Shown here: positions 35,416 through 48,654 of the stretch, one piece after another
How the letters are laid out: every line of letters begins with the position of its first letter
How positions within the stretch are numbered: position 1 is the first letter of the stretch
Assembly: GCA_013239625.1 (NCBI GenBank)
Contig: MU053933.1
Span: 2,257,026 to 2,321,025, forward strand
Reading direction: 5' to 3'
Length of the DNA stretch: 64,000 bases
DNA from: Lama guanicoe
Lineage: Eukaryota
Position numbers and translations under genes: made by a program
The notes under the pieces: generated by a model
Told to the model about the DNA's origin: nothing
The model's database searches: none
Seen by the model: the letters and a program-made list of their open reading frames with translations, nothing else

Positions 35416-38400
35416 AAGTCCTGCTGCTGACCGGGCCTGTCCCCTCAGGGCCAGCCGGGTGCTATGGGCACCTCCCTGACCATTGCTGGCCCCCCACGCC
35501 ATCCTCAGAAAGCACCCCAGCCCGAGCTCTGGTATGCACCTCTGCATGAACGTTCACTGACCTCAGACCCCAACAAGCAGGGCTTAGCCCGTCTGTGGCC
35601 TCCACATTAGGCGCAGATGGATGTGAGATGGCCCTCCCCTACTACCAGGGGCCCCCAGGTTACCCCTGACAACCACTGACCCCGCTCTTCCTCCCAGGCT
35701 TGGGGCCGTACTCTGCCCTGTCGCCCCCTCCCGCTGCTCTGCGCCCCCTCTTTCCTGCAGGCATCTTGAGCTGAATGAATAAACATCCTTGTGTCAATTA
35801 GTTCTCTCTCCCAACTAGTTTTATTCCATTATTCCCGGCCCTTGGGGAACATAAGTAACTCTGGCCTCAGCGAGCTTGGAGACAAGCCACGTCCTGGGAG
35901 CACTTCTGAGGGTTCTGAGGTCTGAGGCCCAGCTGGTCGTTTCCAGGGCCCTTGACTCCCGCGTCTGTACGCCAGGCAGCTCTGGGTGGCTGTGCCATGT
36001 GTCTGAGACTCCGGCGGCCAACGCCACCTGGTGAGCAGGCCCCTAGGTGAGAAGGCCCCCTGCCATAGGCCTGGCTCTCCCTGGTCACTCTGCGGACATG
36101 CAGGGGCCAGGGCCCACGTTGGCTTCCGGCCCGGAGGCAGGCTGGGACTGTCACCCACTGGGACACAGCTGACGTTGAGCATTTCTGCCATCCACCAGCG
36201 TCCTGTGCTTGTCCTCCACCTCCCCTTGAACTCTGCGCTTTATTCAATGTTCAGATGTCCCAACCTGCTTTGTCTGTGCCAGACAGGCTGATGACAACAC
36301 CCCCTCCCCGCCCCAGGTCCAAGCTGGGTGTGGTCGAGGTCAAGGAGAAGAGGCCAGGGGGTAGGTGACTCCCAGGCCCACACTCCAGGGTCTGAGGGCC
36401 AGGCTTGCTGCCTGAGGTTCACCCCGGGGGTGCCCCACGTTTCCTGGGGCCCCAAGCTTCCGATGCCCAGCCCTCGCTCCTGAACAGAGCCACTCCCTCA
36501 CCTTCCTTCCAGCTGCCTCCACTCTCCACTGGTCCTACCTCTTAGCTCGTGACCCGACCCTGCCCTGCTATTGACATGAAGAGCTGCCCTCCCTCCCCAG
36601 AGGCCTCAAAGTCCAGCAAGGTGGTCCCCAAGGGGAGGGAGCAACGGTGAAAGCCCGCTCACTCAGAGCAGGCCTAAGACATCGCCTGACCCGCCCACAG
36701 TGTCCCCTGGAGAACCTGGTCCAGACTCCCTGGGCTGGGCTGGCTGTTCCAGGGTCACTGTGCCCCCCACCCGATAAAAGGAGGTCCCCAGAGAACCTGT
36801 CAGTAGAAGGAGGGCCCCCCGCGACTAGAATCGGGTGGTGGGAATGGGTGCAGACAGACCAGCACCCAGCCCTGCCTCCATATTCCAGGGCTGCAGAGGC
36901 TGGTGGGAGTCCCGGCCCCTGCTTGCCCGGGGACCCTGCCCATCTCCTGGGACCCTCCCAAGGAGGTGGAGGTGTGAGAAATCAACTCCCCCAGCTGTCA
37001 CAGGGCTCAGCCCACCAGGGCCCCCTCTGCCCCTTCACAAGTCGCCCTCAGGCCAACTTCACCAGCCCCGTCCCCCAGAGGACTGAGGAGGCCCCGACTT
37101 CCTGTGCACCCTGCCCCTCTGGTCAGTTAATGAAACCCTTGGGCCCCTTCTCAGAAACACGAATTTCAATGCACAAAATACAATGCTCCAGATTTCCAGG
37201 GGAGACCACTGTGTGCAAACACAGTTACTAAAAAGGAATTTGTTTAGAACGAGCAGTGAGACGTGGGCCTTTCCATCAAGGCGTTAACTAAACAGGGGAG
37301 CGGGGCCTCAGGTGGACGGCGGAGGGAAGTCTGCTCGCATCTGTGATGGGACACGAGGGTGCCGGCGGCTCCGCAGGTGACAGTCCCGGGTGTTACCCTC
37401 GCTGGGAGCTGCTGCGTCTGGTTAGTTATGAAGACGAAGGTGCAGTGCCTCCCACCCAAGTTCAAGGCCCCTGGATTCCATGCCCCGATCCTGGATGGAG
37501 CCAACTGGGTCGGGGACAGTGCCCACTGAGACGGGGGCAGCGGCCAGTCACCGATCCAACGACTGGTGACCCTCCCCCAGGGCACCCCAAACTCAGCGCT
37601 TGACCCCCAGAGGCATCCCGGGGGGGGTCGTTCCGTAGTGCAGGGGCTCCTCCAAGCGCCCGCCAGCGCCCCACCCCCACGCGGCTGCACCCGAGCCGGG
37701 ACACCCGCGGACCCAGAGCCCAAGCCCCGGCCCGTGCAGCTGGCCCACCCACCTGGGGCCGAAGACCCTTGAAGAATTTCCCGTCTACCTCAGTCTTCTG
37801 CGCTGCCACGGCCGCTGCAGAAACCACTGAAAGGCGCGTGGCCAAAATGACACCAGAACCTGGCTATCTGCGTGGATGTGCATTGGGTTCTTCCCTGCGT
37901 GTGCACAGACGCCCACGTGGTCACACACCTGCGCACTCACATCCAGGTGCACGAACACCGCCCGCCCTCCCCTCAGCGCAGGACGACCCTGGTCCTCGAG
38001 CCCCGCAGACCCTCCAGGTTGGCAGCCGCCCCCCGTTCAGCGGGTGCAACGGAGAGGCCCGCGTGGTGCAGCCAGCCGGGAGAGGAGCAGGCAGTCGGAG
38101 CTGCCCCACCCCGCCCAGAGGTGGGCAGCCTTTGGGGTCACTTCTCCTTCCCCCTCTGTCACCGGAGCCCGAGCTGGGGCAGAGGGGGCTCACGGGGCTG
38201 CAAACCATCCGTGGAGTCACCTTGGGAGGCGAAGCGGGCATTCTTTCCCCCGCCCACCTCCCAGCGGCGGGCGGGTGAGTGTCCCTGACACTGCCTGAGA
38301 TGTTCATCAGACCTGACTCCCTGGAGACTCCCACGAAGTCCCTCCCCCAGCGCAGAGCTGCCCGGGCCTCCTCAGCACCACTCCCGGCCCGACCCAGGAT

Positions 38401-41400
38401 GGGATGAAAGGTGAGACGCTAACAGAGGTGTCCCCCACCCAAGCCCCAGCCCCTTCGAGGACCAAGGCTGGCAGGGAGGAACCAGCTCTCAGGTCAGAAG
38501 CACCTCTCCCTCTGCTTTCTGAGCAGAGCTCGGGACGGCGCGCATGAGGCATCAGCGTGGGCATGGTCCCGGGTGCTCCCCCAGACTCAGGATATGGAGA
38601 GCAGTGGGCGCCCTCCCAGCCCTAGCCGATTCCAGCCCAGAGCTCAGAACCCACCTGGGAGGAGGGAGGGAGGGGCTGGGGGGGTGGGAGGATCCTGGCT
38701 GAGGGCTGAGGCCTCAGACCTGGTGTTTGGCGGGGGTGGGGCGTGGGAGGCGGCTCCAGTCCCAGAAGCATGAGTTGGGGGTTTCCTAGATTTTATCCTG
38801 GAAAAAGACTGCCTGGAAATCCGTGATTTCCTCTTCAAATTCAAAACCACAGAACCAGCGTATAGTGTGTGAGGTCCCATTATAAAAAGGGAGATTCCTT
38901 TATTCCTACTTTCTGTGCAGACAGACAATGCCCTGGCCTAATGGATGGGAATTTTTGGAAAAGGAACGGCGTGAGGGTCACAGCGCACGGGCTCCGCGTG
39001 GTGGGGCTCTGTGTGTGCGGGCTCCACGTGGCAGGGCTGTGAGCTGGCCGGGGGGAGGCTCTGCTGTGCTTGCCAGTGAAGCCTGCTTTGTTCCGAAGAC
39101 TTGTTTCTGGAGAAAGGACGGTGAGAGGTGAGGTGGGTCTCTTCCAGAGCACAGGTGACTGACCTGCATCGATGGGGTCGGGGAGGGGAGTGGTCATGCA
39201 TTTAATGGCATGTACGGACTTTTGCTGAAAGTGACAAAAACAAAAAGCCTCATTATTTCTTTGGGGGAGTCTGTGCCCAGTTGCAAAGCCGTCAAGCAGG
39301 TGAAGTGGGTCTTTCGGCCTCAGTCCCCCCACGACCCTGACGTGGCACCTCTCTTCCCTGTGACGCACGCCCACATGCCCAGCTCCAGGGGCGCCCGGGG
39401 CGTGACTCCGAGGGTGCCGGCCTGGGGCTGGAGCTGCGCAGATGCAGCCTCACGGCCGCCAGCACCAGAGGACAGGGTGGAAGCCACTCCCACGGGGACA
39501 AAGCACAGCCGACCAGGAAACAAGCAGCGGCTTCCTCACTGCAAACCACTCAAGGGCCTTGCGCCAGGCGGTGTGAGCCCAGCAGGGGGCGTCGTGCCCA
39601 CACGGGACTCCCGGCAGCGACTGGGGCCTCGCCCGTGGGCGCCAGGAGTCCCACCTGCCTTTCCCGCAGCATTCTCCTTAAAGGAGCCCGGAGGGCAGGG
39701 AGGAGGACTTCCTGGGAGCCGCCCCACTGTGGCCCCACCCCAGGCAGCTTTTAAAAGCTGTGACTGCGCCTCCCCCACAAGGGTGTCGAGCGAGTGAAGG
39801 AAGGAAGGTGGGTGACAAGGGCGCCACGTCCATCAGGTAGACACCTCAGCACCACCCGACTCCTGGGTGAGGAGCTGCCTCTGACCGTCTCCAGGCTAAC
39901 AGAGGACACGGTTCTGACACCTGCAGCAGGTCACCCCGCCCCGAGCCCCCACCCTGCCCCTCTCTCTGCCCTGCCCCCTGCACCCAGCAGTGTCCAGCCC
40001 CTTGGGGTGCTGCTCTCCCCATTGTCGCCCCACAGAACCCCTCTGCCTTGGCCTCCTGTCCATGTGGAGATGACACTGGGTTGGGACAGGCTGAGTCTGG
40101 GGTGGACAAAGGCTCTTTGGCCCGCAGCTGCCACTCACTCCCTGACCAAGATCCCGGCTCAGAACTCGGGCCACCAAGCTGTCCCCCGCAGGGCACCCCT
40201 GCCACTTTCCTGGCACCACACACATCAGGCACCCCAGAGTGGTGAACCTCTTGTGGGAGCTGGAAGGTCTTACAATTGTATTGCACCCTCTGTCCCAGGG
40301 CAGCTGGCCCAGCTCAGGGGGGCAGCAGAGGGGTCTCAGGATCAGAAGACTCACGCTGGCTCTGGGGTCAGGGGGCCAACAGCTTATTCAAGGCATCTCG
40401 GCCCAGAACCCTGCCGGCTACACTCATCCCAGGGGAGCCCAGCCCACACGCACATGCCTGCCCTGAGCCCTGGCCGCTCTGTTCCAGAGCCTCTCCCCTG
40501 CCGTCCGCCACCCTGAGTCTGGTCCTGTGTCCACAGCTGGTTCCCCAGCTGCACCTCCCACCTGGCCCCGCCACCTCGTTTGTGCTGACTGCCTGCCGGG
40601 GTCCTCTCTCTGGCTTGACTGAGGCTGAGACTTGACTCATCCTCAGACACACCTGTGTAGACGGGCCAGGCCCCAGGCCCCACCCCTCATCAGAGGGTCC
40701 ACACCAGACCCTGGGCAGACACGTAAGCTCAATTTCCCCGTTGGCAAAACGGGCCACACCACCTCCTGCAGGAGGGGCCCTGGAGCCTACTGACCAGTAC
40801 ACCTGCGAGATTCTGACCACAGGTTCCCGACCAGCCCCACCCAGGCCCCACGCCCACCTCAGCTGTCAGGACGCAGCCCCTGCTGTCCAGTTCTCATGAA
40901 GGCCGGACAGAAGAGGCCAGCTTCGTGTCCACACAAGGCCCCCTCTCCGTTCCCAGGCTTCCTCACTGTTGAACTTGAAGCCCCCCAGACGTGCGTCCCC
41001 TGTTACCCCAGCTCCTGGGCCACTCTGGCCCCCCACCGTCACCTGGATGGGGTTAACTTTCTACGTGCAGGGCAAAGGTCCAGTCCTTCCCTCCACTGCT
41101 CCGCTGGGTTGGGGACACCTGAAAATCCCAGCCTGTAGTGACCCACAGCCTTCCAGCGACCTTACTTGCTTACTAAGTGAGTCTGTGCCCCGGGGCAGAG
41201 AGAGACGGGACAGTGCTGGAAGCAGAGCCCCTTCCCAGCACAGCGCCCCCGGGGAAGGGGTACGGCGCCCAGGGGCACAGAGGCCCTGAGGCCTTCACTG
41301 ACACAGTCACACTCCAGGCCACCGGCTGGTGGTCGCAGACTCGGGGGGCAGGATCTCAAAACCCGGGACGGTCACAGCCAGGGCCTGGGCGCTTCGTGCG

Positions 41401-42824
41401 CAGACCCAGCAAGGGCGCAGGGAAGGTGAAGTCCACCCGCACACACTGTCCGGTGTGAACACCCGTGCTTTCCACACCCGAGCGCATCAGGGCGACCTCC
41501 TTAACTGCCTGTGTCCCGGCCGGCTCCCCTCCAGTGCCTCGGGAGCGCTCCAGGTTTAGTTCACGACTACTTACTTGCTTTCATCTTTCTTGCCTCCTTC
41601 CTGCTAGTGCAACTAGGTCATCTTTTAACTGTTTGCAATGTGCCTTCAGGGGAGAGGGGGCGGGTTTTATAAATAACCTTTATCATTACAGATGCAGGGT
41701 GATTCTGCTCCCAGCGCTGAAGGAACATGAAGATACATGTCTCTGACTCACCCCCAACGGGGAGACTCCGTGCGCTCAGGACGCTGCACCCTGGAACCCG
41801 CGTGTAGGTCTGTCCTTGAAGATGGGGATTCATGGCTACAGGCTGACTTGGCTTCTGTGCCCTGCAAACCACCCACCCGAAGGCTGTGACTGCGACAGGC
41901 GCGGCCGCTCGGGGCCCGGGAGCGGGTGCTTGAGTCCTTCCCGACACCCCCACCCCGGGGCCTGCTCACCTCCACTCATACGTCCCGGTTGCTCCCTGGG
42001 GAGCTGGGGACCTCTATGGACCACTCCCAACCCACACAGATCAGTGTTCCAAACTGGGGACATCATCGGTCAGCTCCTGGTCACATCATTGGGAACCAAG
42101 TGCCACCAGAGCAAAGAGCTGTGACATGCAGGGGACTTCGGAGGATCCCAGGGACCCACGTACACACTGCCTCCACGCCTCCCTCGCCGCCCACACTGCC
42201 GCTCCCACGAGGCCGCACGCGCCCATCACTCACTCCCATCCCCGAGCCCAGCTGCTGCTCCCGGGTCTCCCGTCCCTGGCGCTCTGTGCTTTACTGTGGA
42301 GGTGTGGTACATAAAGTCCCCCGGGAGAAGCTCCAGAAAGGCGTGATCGGGCATGGTGGCCGGCAGGTCAACGTCCTTCCTAGGGAGGCAGGAGCGGAAC
42401 GCCCCCCAACCCCGACGGCGCTCTCCACCACGGAGGGGGGCACGCCTGGGGCTTCGCGGCCCAGACTGCCGGATCTGTGCTGTGCTGCGCTCAGCACGGG
42501 CCTGGGCTCTGCTCACAGGGACCCGCCAGCAGCTGCGCTTCATTCCTCAGGCAGGTGCAAGGCCTCCCCCGGGAGGCCCAGCAGGTAAGTACTTGCGAAG
42601 GGCCTCGGGTTGGGGAGGCTAACTCTTTGAAGGAGTCCCCACCCCGCAACGTCTCCACTGTGACGGCCGCCACGCCTTTCGTCTTCTCCACCGCCTCCCT
42701 CGCGAAGCCCAAGCCCGGCTGCTCCCCAGCCAGCCCAGCACCGGTGGCCTTGGACCAGCCGGGAAAGGGCAGCACCGTCCTGGAGCCCGGCACGTCCCTG
42801 CCCCACCCCACGTCCCCCGCTTAC

Positions 42825-42909
42825 CCGTGCAGGGCTCCCATTGCCGGGTGCCTTGGCCTGGGGTCACCAGGGGCAGGAGCGCGACACACAGGGCCAGCAG
42901 GACAGACAT
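42825..42909 (-). CDS. TSPEAR: TSPEAR coding exon 1 (signal peptide); gene continues toward lower coordinates beyond the window
   Basis: MSVLLALCVALLPLVTPGQGTRQWEPCT+G followed by a GTAAG donor (phase 1). Matches the recalled human TSPEAR N-terminus [28 protein letters not shown], and KRTAP10/12 genes are known to be nested in TSPEAR introns. Confidence 0.9.
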
Positions 42910-43420
42910 GAGGGGCCCGGGTCCCAAGCTCCATCCAGGGCTCTGCACGCGCCCACGCCCGGGAAGCAGCGGCTCCTCGTGCACCTGGGTCGGCCCTGCC
43001 AGCGGTCACTGCAGGGGCCACATCCCTGAGGCCGTGCAGGGGCGGCGGCGCGCGGCCGGGCGGCAGCAGGCGCGGGCAGGTCGGGCTGCAGCCTTGCTCT
43101 ACCTCCTCATCTCCAGCCGCGCAGGGTCCCGTCCTGCAGGTGACAGCTGCCAGCACCTGCGAGGCTGCGATCAGTCATTGGCCAAGCGCCTTTTCCCCGA
43201 AGGAGGAGAGAAGTGAAGCATCCAGGAGGGCGGAGAGCGAGCCAGAGGCCCCAGGACCTGTGCAGGCCCCTCTGGGGTGCGAGCGCGGGCCACCAGGCGG
43301 GGTGGGGGTGGGGTGGGCGGGAGCAGAGCCAACGCAGTCCCCGCGGTCCAGGGCGGGCAGCGGCCGTCGGGAGGGTGGGGCTCCTGTGGAGGGCTTTTAT
43401 CTGGCGCCCAGCCCTCCGGA
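42910..43420 (-). promoter_or_regulatory. CpG-rich TSPEAR 5' UTR / promoter region
   Basis: Dense CpG (e.g. GGCGGCGGCGCGCGGCCGGGCGGC near 43041) and GC boxes immediately upstream of exon 1. Confidence 0.55.
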
Positions 43421-44534
43421 GGGTGTGTGGGTTTGTCAACTGCTGGGTTTCAGGAATTTCCCTCCGGAGGGAAGTCAGTCCTTCAAGGGAACAGCTAATG
43501 AGACGCGAGCGTCGCCCGGGGGAGGGGAGTGGCCGTGAGGCGGGTGGTTCATTTCATCAGGCTCCTGGTCACTGGGGCCTGACCTGCCCAAACCACGGTC
43601 AGTCCACCTGCAGGCTGCCCCAGGTGGCCGGTTATCACGTGTGGTTGTTCTTTTGTGAGACACCCTGCCCCCCGTCCCTCAGAGAGAGTGCACAGACAAA
43701 CGGGCTGGGGGGGCGCACAGGCCCCAAGAGGCACCTTCCCTTGTCTCAGATGGCGGGCAGCGGCTGGTCCTGAACCCCAAGCTCTGCCCCGAAGCCCCAG
43801 CTCCGAGGTCTACGCAGAGGATGGTCTGACACAGAAGGCGTTTACGGGGCACAGACGCCCCCTACCCGGGTCAGGGCTTGCTGGGAGGCGGGAGCAGGGG
43901 GGAGCCGGAGAGGAAGGGAGGGAGGGGCATGTCAAAGGCCTCCCCGCGTGGCCCAAGACGGTCCCCCTCCCCTCTGTCTGAACACGCACGGACGGTCTGC
44001 ATCCTGGTCACGGGTCCCGGTTTTCCAGGTCCGTGTGAAGAAAACCTGCAAGGCCCGTCTTACCCTGGGCCCTTCCCATCACAGGGAGCCCTCGGGCGGG
44101 CCTCCCTCGCCCCTGCTCCTGGACCCTGAACCCCCGGCCAGCCGGGCACTCAGACTCTGCCGCCCCAGATCCTGGGGGCTGTGAAACACAGACCCAGCAC
44201 GGATCACCTGGTGAGAGGAAGGACCCAGCCCCCCACAGAGCGAAGGCCTGGTCTTTGCGGAAAAGACAGCAGTTTAAACTGAACAACTCGAGCTCCTCTC
44301 TTTTCTTTCTCAATTGATGAGAAGTCTGAGCTCACAGCGGCCCTGGGTGGGGGCGGGGGGGCAGGTAGGTCAGGACCGGTGACGTCCCACAGGACGGGCA
44401 GGTGGCACCTGCGCAGGGCCACAAGCCCAGACCACGTTGCTGGGGTGCCACAGACTTCGCCACGTGACCACTGACCTCTGACCCCAAGGCTCTTGCTCAC
44501 CTTCGCAGTGTGATAAAAGTAAAATCATGTACTT

Positions 44535-44661
44535 TTTTGTTCTGTTTGTGACAGGGAGGTAATTAGATTGATTCTTTTTTTTTAAACGGAGGTGCTGGGG
44601 AGTGAACTCAGGGCCTCCTGCGTGCTAGGCACGCCCTCTGTCACTGAGCTGTACCCACTCC
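44535..44661 (-). mobile_element. Vic-1-type SINE
   Basis: Reverse strand GGGTACAGCTCAGTGACAGAGG..GCCCTGAGTTCACTCCCCAGCACCTCC..ATCTAATTACCTCCC. Confidence 0.75.
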
Positions 44662-45999
44662 TGTATTTCTTTTTTAACAACCAGATCTGAAAAATCAAAA
44701 TCACATTACCTTGAACCTTTCCAAAAAATCTCTCTTCTGTTACATTTAATCCAGTAACACCAGTAAGATTCTCGATGATTAACAAGGGTTAATTAGTAAA
44801 AAGTTACCCATTTTGAAAACAGCAAAAATATGTGCCTGGACGCAAAAAAAGCTCAGAGTTTCCCATCCAGCCTGGCCCCTGTGCGGCCCTGGACAAGCCT
44901 CACGCGAGCTATGAGTCTGGCGCCGCGTCTGCGGGCCGCGCTGCCAGAGGACCCCCGCGGCACGTCCTGTGCGTTACGGGGTGTGGTCCCCATGGGGTAG
45001 CGCTTCGCCAGGGTGGCCGGGCACGCCGGCTCCCAGGGCCCCCGCGAGAGGGGCAGGGCCACGCGCCCTCCCCGGGGACACACGCTCCCACAAGCCGATG
45101 TCACTGAGGCTTCGGCAGCAAAGAAAGCTGCATACAGTTTGCTACCCTGGGTCCCCCGAGTTCCTCTGCTGCGGAAACTACCTCTCCCACATCACAGGCT
45201 CTGGAGTCACGGAGCTGCGTCCCAGGAGCCCGCTAAGACATATGAGCTTGCGAAGGTCAGGGGTGGCCCGGCCACCGTCTCATAGGTCAGAGCGAGTTCT
45301 GTGATTGTTCGAACCTGCCCGAACAAACCTTACATTGTCGGGATTCCCCTCCCGGCAAGCAGGCTGGGTGAATTCCATCTCTGTGGCCCGAGCGCATCCT
45401 CGCCTCTTTGGGGCTGGTCAGCGTATCCCAAACAGCGGCGATGCCTTCTCGAGGCAACGGCGAGACGTGGCAGGTAAAGGAGAAAGTTGAAATGGTGACT
45501 TCGTGTTACAGAAATGCGCTGATTCCGCCCAGCCCCCCCGGTGAACTAACCCTTCACTGACGCAGACCATTAAAGCTCCGTGGTTTTTAATCGTTTAAAG
45601 ACACAAACGCTCCTCCGGGAATAGGCTGTAATTTGGAATTGAATGACCGCTGTCCTAGGGATGCTTGGAGAGGTGTGTGAAGAACAGAAGAGAACACTGG
45701 GCAGGTGACAGCGAGTCCAGATCGACTTGGGAGGACCTGGCGAGCTCGGACAGTGAGGAGTCGCCGGCCGGGCTGGCTGCTCCTGGGCCAGGTCCCCACC
45801 TGGGCCGGGCCCGCACCTGGTGCCCAGCTGTGAGCTCGTCAGCCACTGACTCACCCGGGGCAGGCGAGGCCCAGAGTCTCCGGGAAATGCAGGCGGGAAG
45901 TCACTTCGAAAGGGATCTAAGAAGAGAGGGCTCATTGGGTTACTGAAGAAGGGACTGAGTTTGTTTTCCTGGCACGAGAAAAGTTCTTTGGATGGTCAG

Positions 46000-47380
46000 G
46001 CCATTAACCCTTTGTCTGCTAAAGGGTTACTGCATGTTATTTTCTCCCTGTGATTTCGTTTTTGATGCTTCGGTTTAAATGGTTATGTTTTGTTTTTGCT
46101 ACTTTTTGATGATTCTGTTTTTTGCCAGGTATTTCAATTTTTTATTTAGTCAGCAACATTCTCCTTAAGCCGTGTGGGCCTTCTCTGCTGCTCTGCTGTG
46201 TGCTTCGCCCTCCGGCCCATCCGAAGTGTGGTCCTGAACACTGGAACTCAGTGAGTAGGACTCTGTTTCCAGAAGGCTGCTGTGTGCACACCGTTTATTA
46301 AGTACCGCCCCCTCCCACCACCTCGAAACGTCCAGTCCAGAGGGGTCAGACTAATCTCGGTTCCACTAGTCTGTCTCCTTTGCCAGCACGTGATTCTGAC
46401 AACAGGGTTTATGGAAAGCATTCACACAGAGACAAAGGGTGCACGCACTCGTTTTCCCTTTTCAAAAACGTATGAGCAGTTCTCACGTGTTTTCTTCTAC
46501 GAACTTAAAAAATGATTGGTTCTTGCCTCCACCTTCCAAATGAAAATCGAACAAACGAGCAAAAAGCGTTGCAGGAAAACCTACTGGAATGACAGTGAGT
46601 TCACAGAGTAAACTCAGAACACGGGCTTTCTATGATGTGAAGTCTCCCCACTCAAGGACATGTGTGTCTGTTTATTCCGAAGTTGAAATAAATTCATCCC
46701 TTAAATTTCACAGTTTTGACTATAGAGATCCTATACTTTTTCTGTAAAGTTACTCCTGTAAATGTCCGGTAAGTTTGTAATTTCATCATCATCGTGATCA
46801 TAATCCCCCACTTCCACCTGTAATTGGTCACTGCTCATATAAAGAAGACTGGTCCATTTTTGTACAGTTATCTCGTGTCCAGCAACCTTAAATTTAGTGA
46901 GTGATTTTACAGTCTCTTGTTTTTCTAGACGAACATTGTCTGCCAGTAACAGTAACTGTGGCCCTGCTGCGCTAGCGTGTGCACCAGGCTATCTTCTTCT
47001 TATGGCACAGACCAGGGCCTTCAAAGCCGTGTCGGAAGCAGCGACAGCCCTGGGCTTATCTCACGCCCAAGCTTGGTGGGACTGGCCGCCGAGTCTGGAA
47101 GCCTTATCATGTTAAAGAATTACTCTTCTTTTCCTCTTTTACTCAGAGGAGGAATGGCTGCTGCGTTTCGTCAGATGCTTTTATACATCGATTAATATGA
47201 TTTCGCAGATTTTCTATTTTAGCTTTTTAAGTTTGTCGGTGGAATTCATCACAAGGCCCTTTTCCAAGTGCTGAGCCACCCTGACCCTCCCGGGGTGACA
47301 CACACAGGAGCAGGGTGCCTTTTTCTCCTGACTCACTACAGACCTGACCCAACGTTTCATTTAGAACACTTGCTTCCGCA
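46000..47380 (-). mobile_element. Ancient LINE-1 (L1M-type) remnants
   Basis: T-rich strand with decayed antisense L1 ORF2-like text; boundaries uncertain. Confidence 0.5.
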
Positions 47381-48090
47381 CCACATTCTTCTCTTCCCAG
47401 GCAGCCCGCTGGGCCCCAGCTGCTCCCCGGGCACTGCAGGCTGAGAGCTGTGTGTCACAGCCCACACCTCTGTGCCCAGCGTCAGGCCACTTGCAGATAC
47501 TCACCTGATGTCCTACCGGGGTCTCTGTGCCCCTGGCTCAGAGCAGGCGCCGTCCTGGGTGCAGGCCAGAAACTGGGAACTCATCCTCGGCACCCCCACC
47601 CCAGGAAGTCCCACTGAGTTCACCCCAAACACTCCTGCCTCCCACCCCGCACCTTCCCGGCCCAGCCACCTTCACTCCACACTGTTGCTGCCCACCACAT
47701 CCCGTCTCCACACCCCCCGGGCCTCTGCACCTGCTCCTAGCGACCTGGCCTCTCAGAACCCAAGCCTGGCCTGACTGGCCTCCCATCGGGGGCTTCCGGC
47801 CCAGAATAAAGACAATATTGGAGTGCAGCCTCCAAGCCTGAGGTGTGGCCCTGCCTTCCACCCAGCAGCAGGTCCCCCTCCACTCACACGCACTCACACG
47901 CGCACACATGCACACACGCGCACACACACGCCTGCGGCTTCTGTCAGACCCACGTCTGGGATGTGCCTCCTCCCACCCGTGGCTGCTCCCAGGTGGGCAA
48001 GCTCCCTGCACCTCCACCTCAGCCTGATTAACCCCTGGGGGGCCTCCTTGCAGAAGCTCTCAGCACCTTGAGTGCCTCTCCTTCAGGGAG

Positions 48091-48654
48091 TGAGGCGGGA
48101 AGCCCCATAAAAAGACCAGCAGGGACCCCAAGCAGGGCCACTACTCTCCTGCTGGCACCATCCAGTTCCCTGGCCCAGAGGCTCTATCTCACTTTTAGCC
48201 TCTGAAACGGCTTACTTACCCCTAAAATTCTGTTGGTTTCCTGAACTCCCTTCTGATTGGTTATTTCCTTCACTCCTGATTGGTTATTACTCTCACTTCT
48301 GATTGGTCCACTTCCTTAACTTCTGATTGGTCCATTTGTAGTACTTCATTTGCATGGAGCTCACTCCTGATTGGTTATTTCTCTCCCCCCTGATTGGTCC
48401 ATTTCTACAAAGCTTGTTCCTGGGTGGTCAACTTCTGTTATACTTTATTTGCGTATGATGTTGCAAAGTGTAAAACTGGCAGCCTATAAAGGCCTGTGTA
48501 GACCTACAGACGGGGTCCAGAGCTTGGAGTGTTAACTCCTCTGGGCCCGCTGGTGTAATAAACCTGAGTTCTCCGACTCTCCGAGTGCTGCTTGGTGTCT
48601 CGCCTGGATCCAGGTTGCTGGCACAACTGAGCTGTAACACATTTTTCCACAACA
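48091..48654 (+). mobile_element. ERV1-like solo LTR with 4-bp TSD
   Basis: Begins TG and ends CA, flanked by GGAG on both sides (48087-48090, 48655-48658); U3 has six CTGATTGG boxes, then TATAAA (about 48486) and AATAAA (about 48557). Confidence 0.8.

Noticed and set aside
1..42824. TSPEAR exon 2 or later exons
   Set aside because: No translation resembling the expected continuation (DLRPLDILAEV..) was seen; they presumably lie left of the window.
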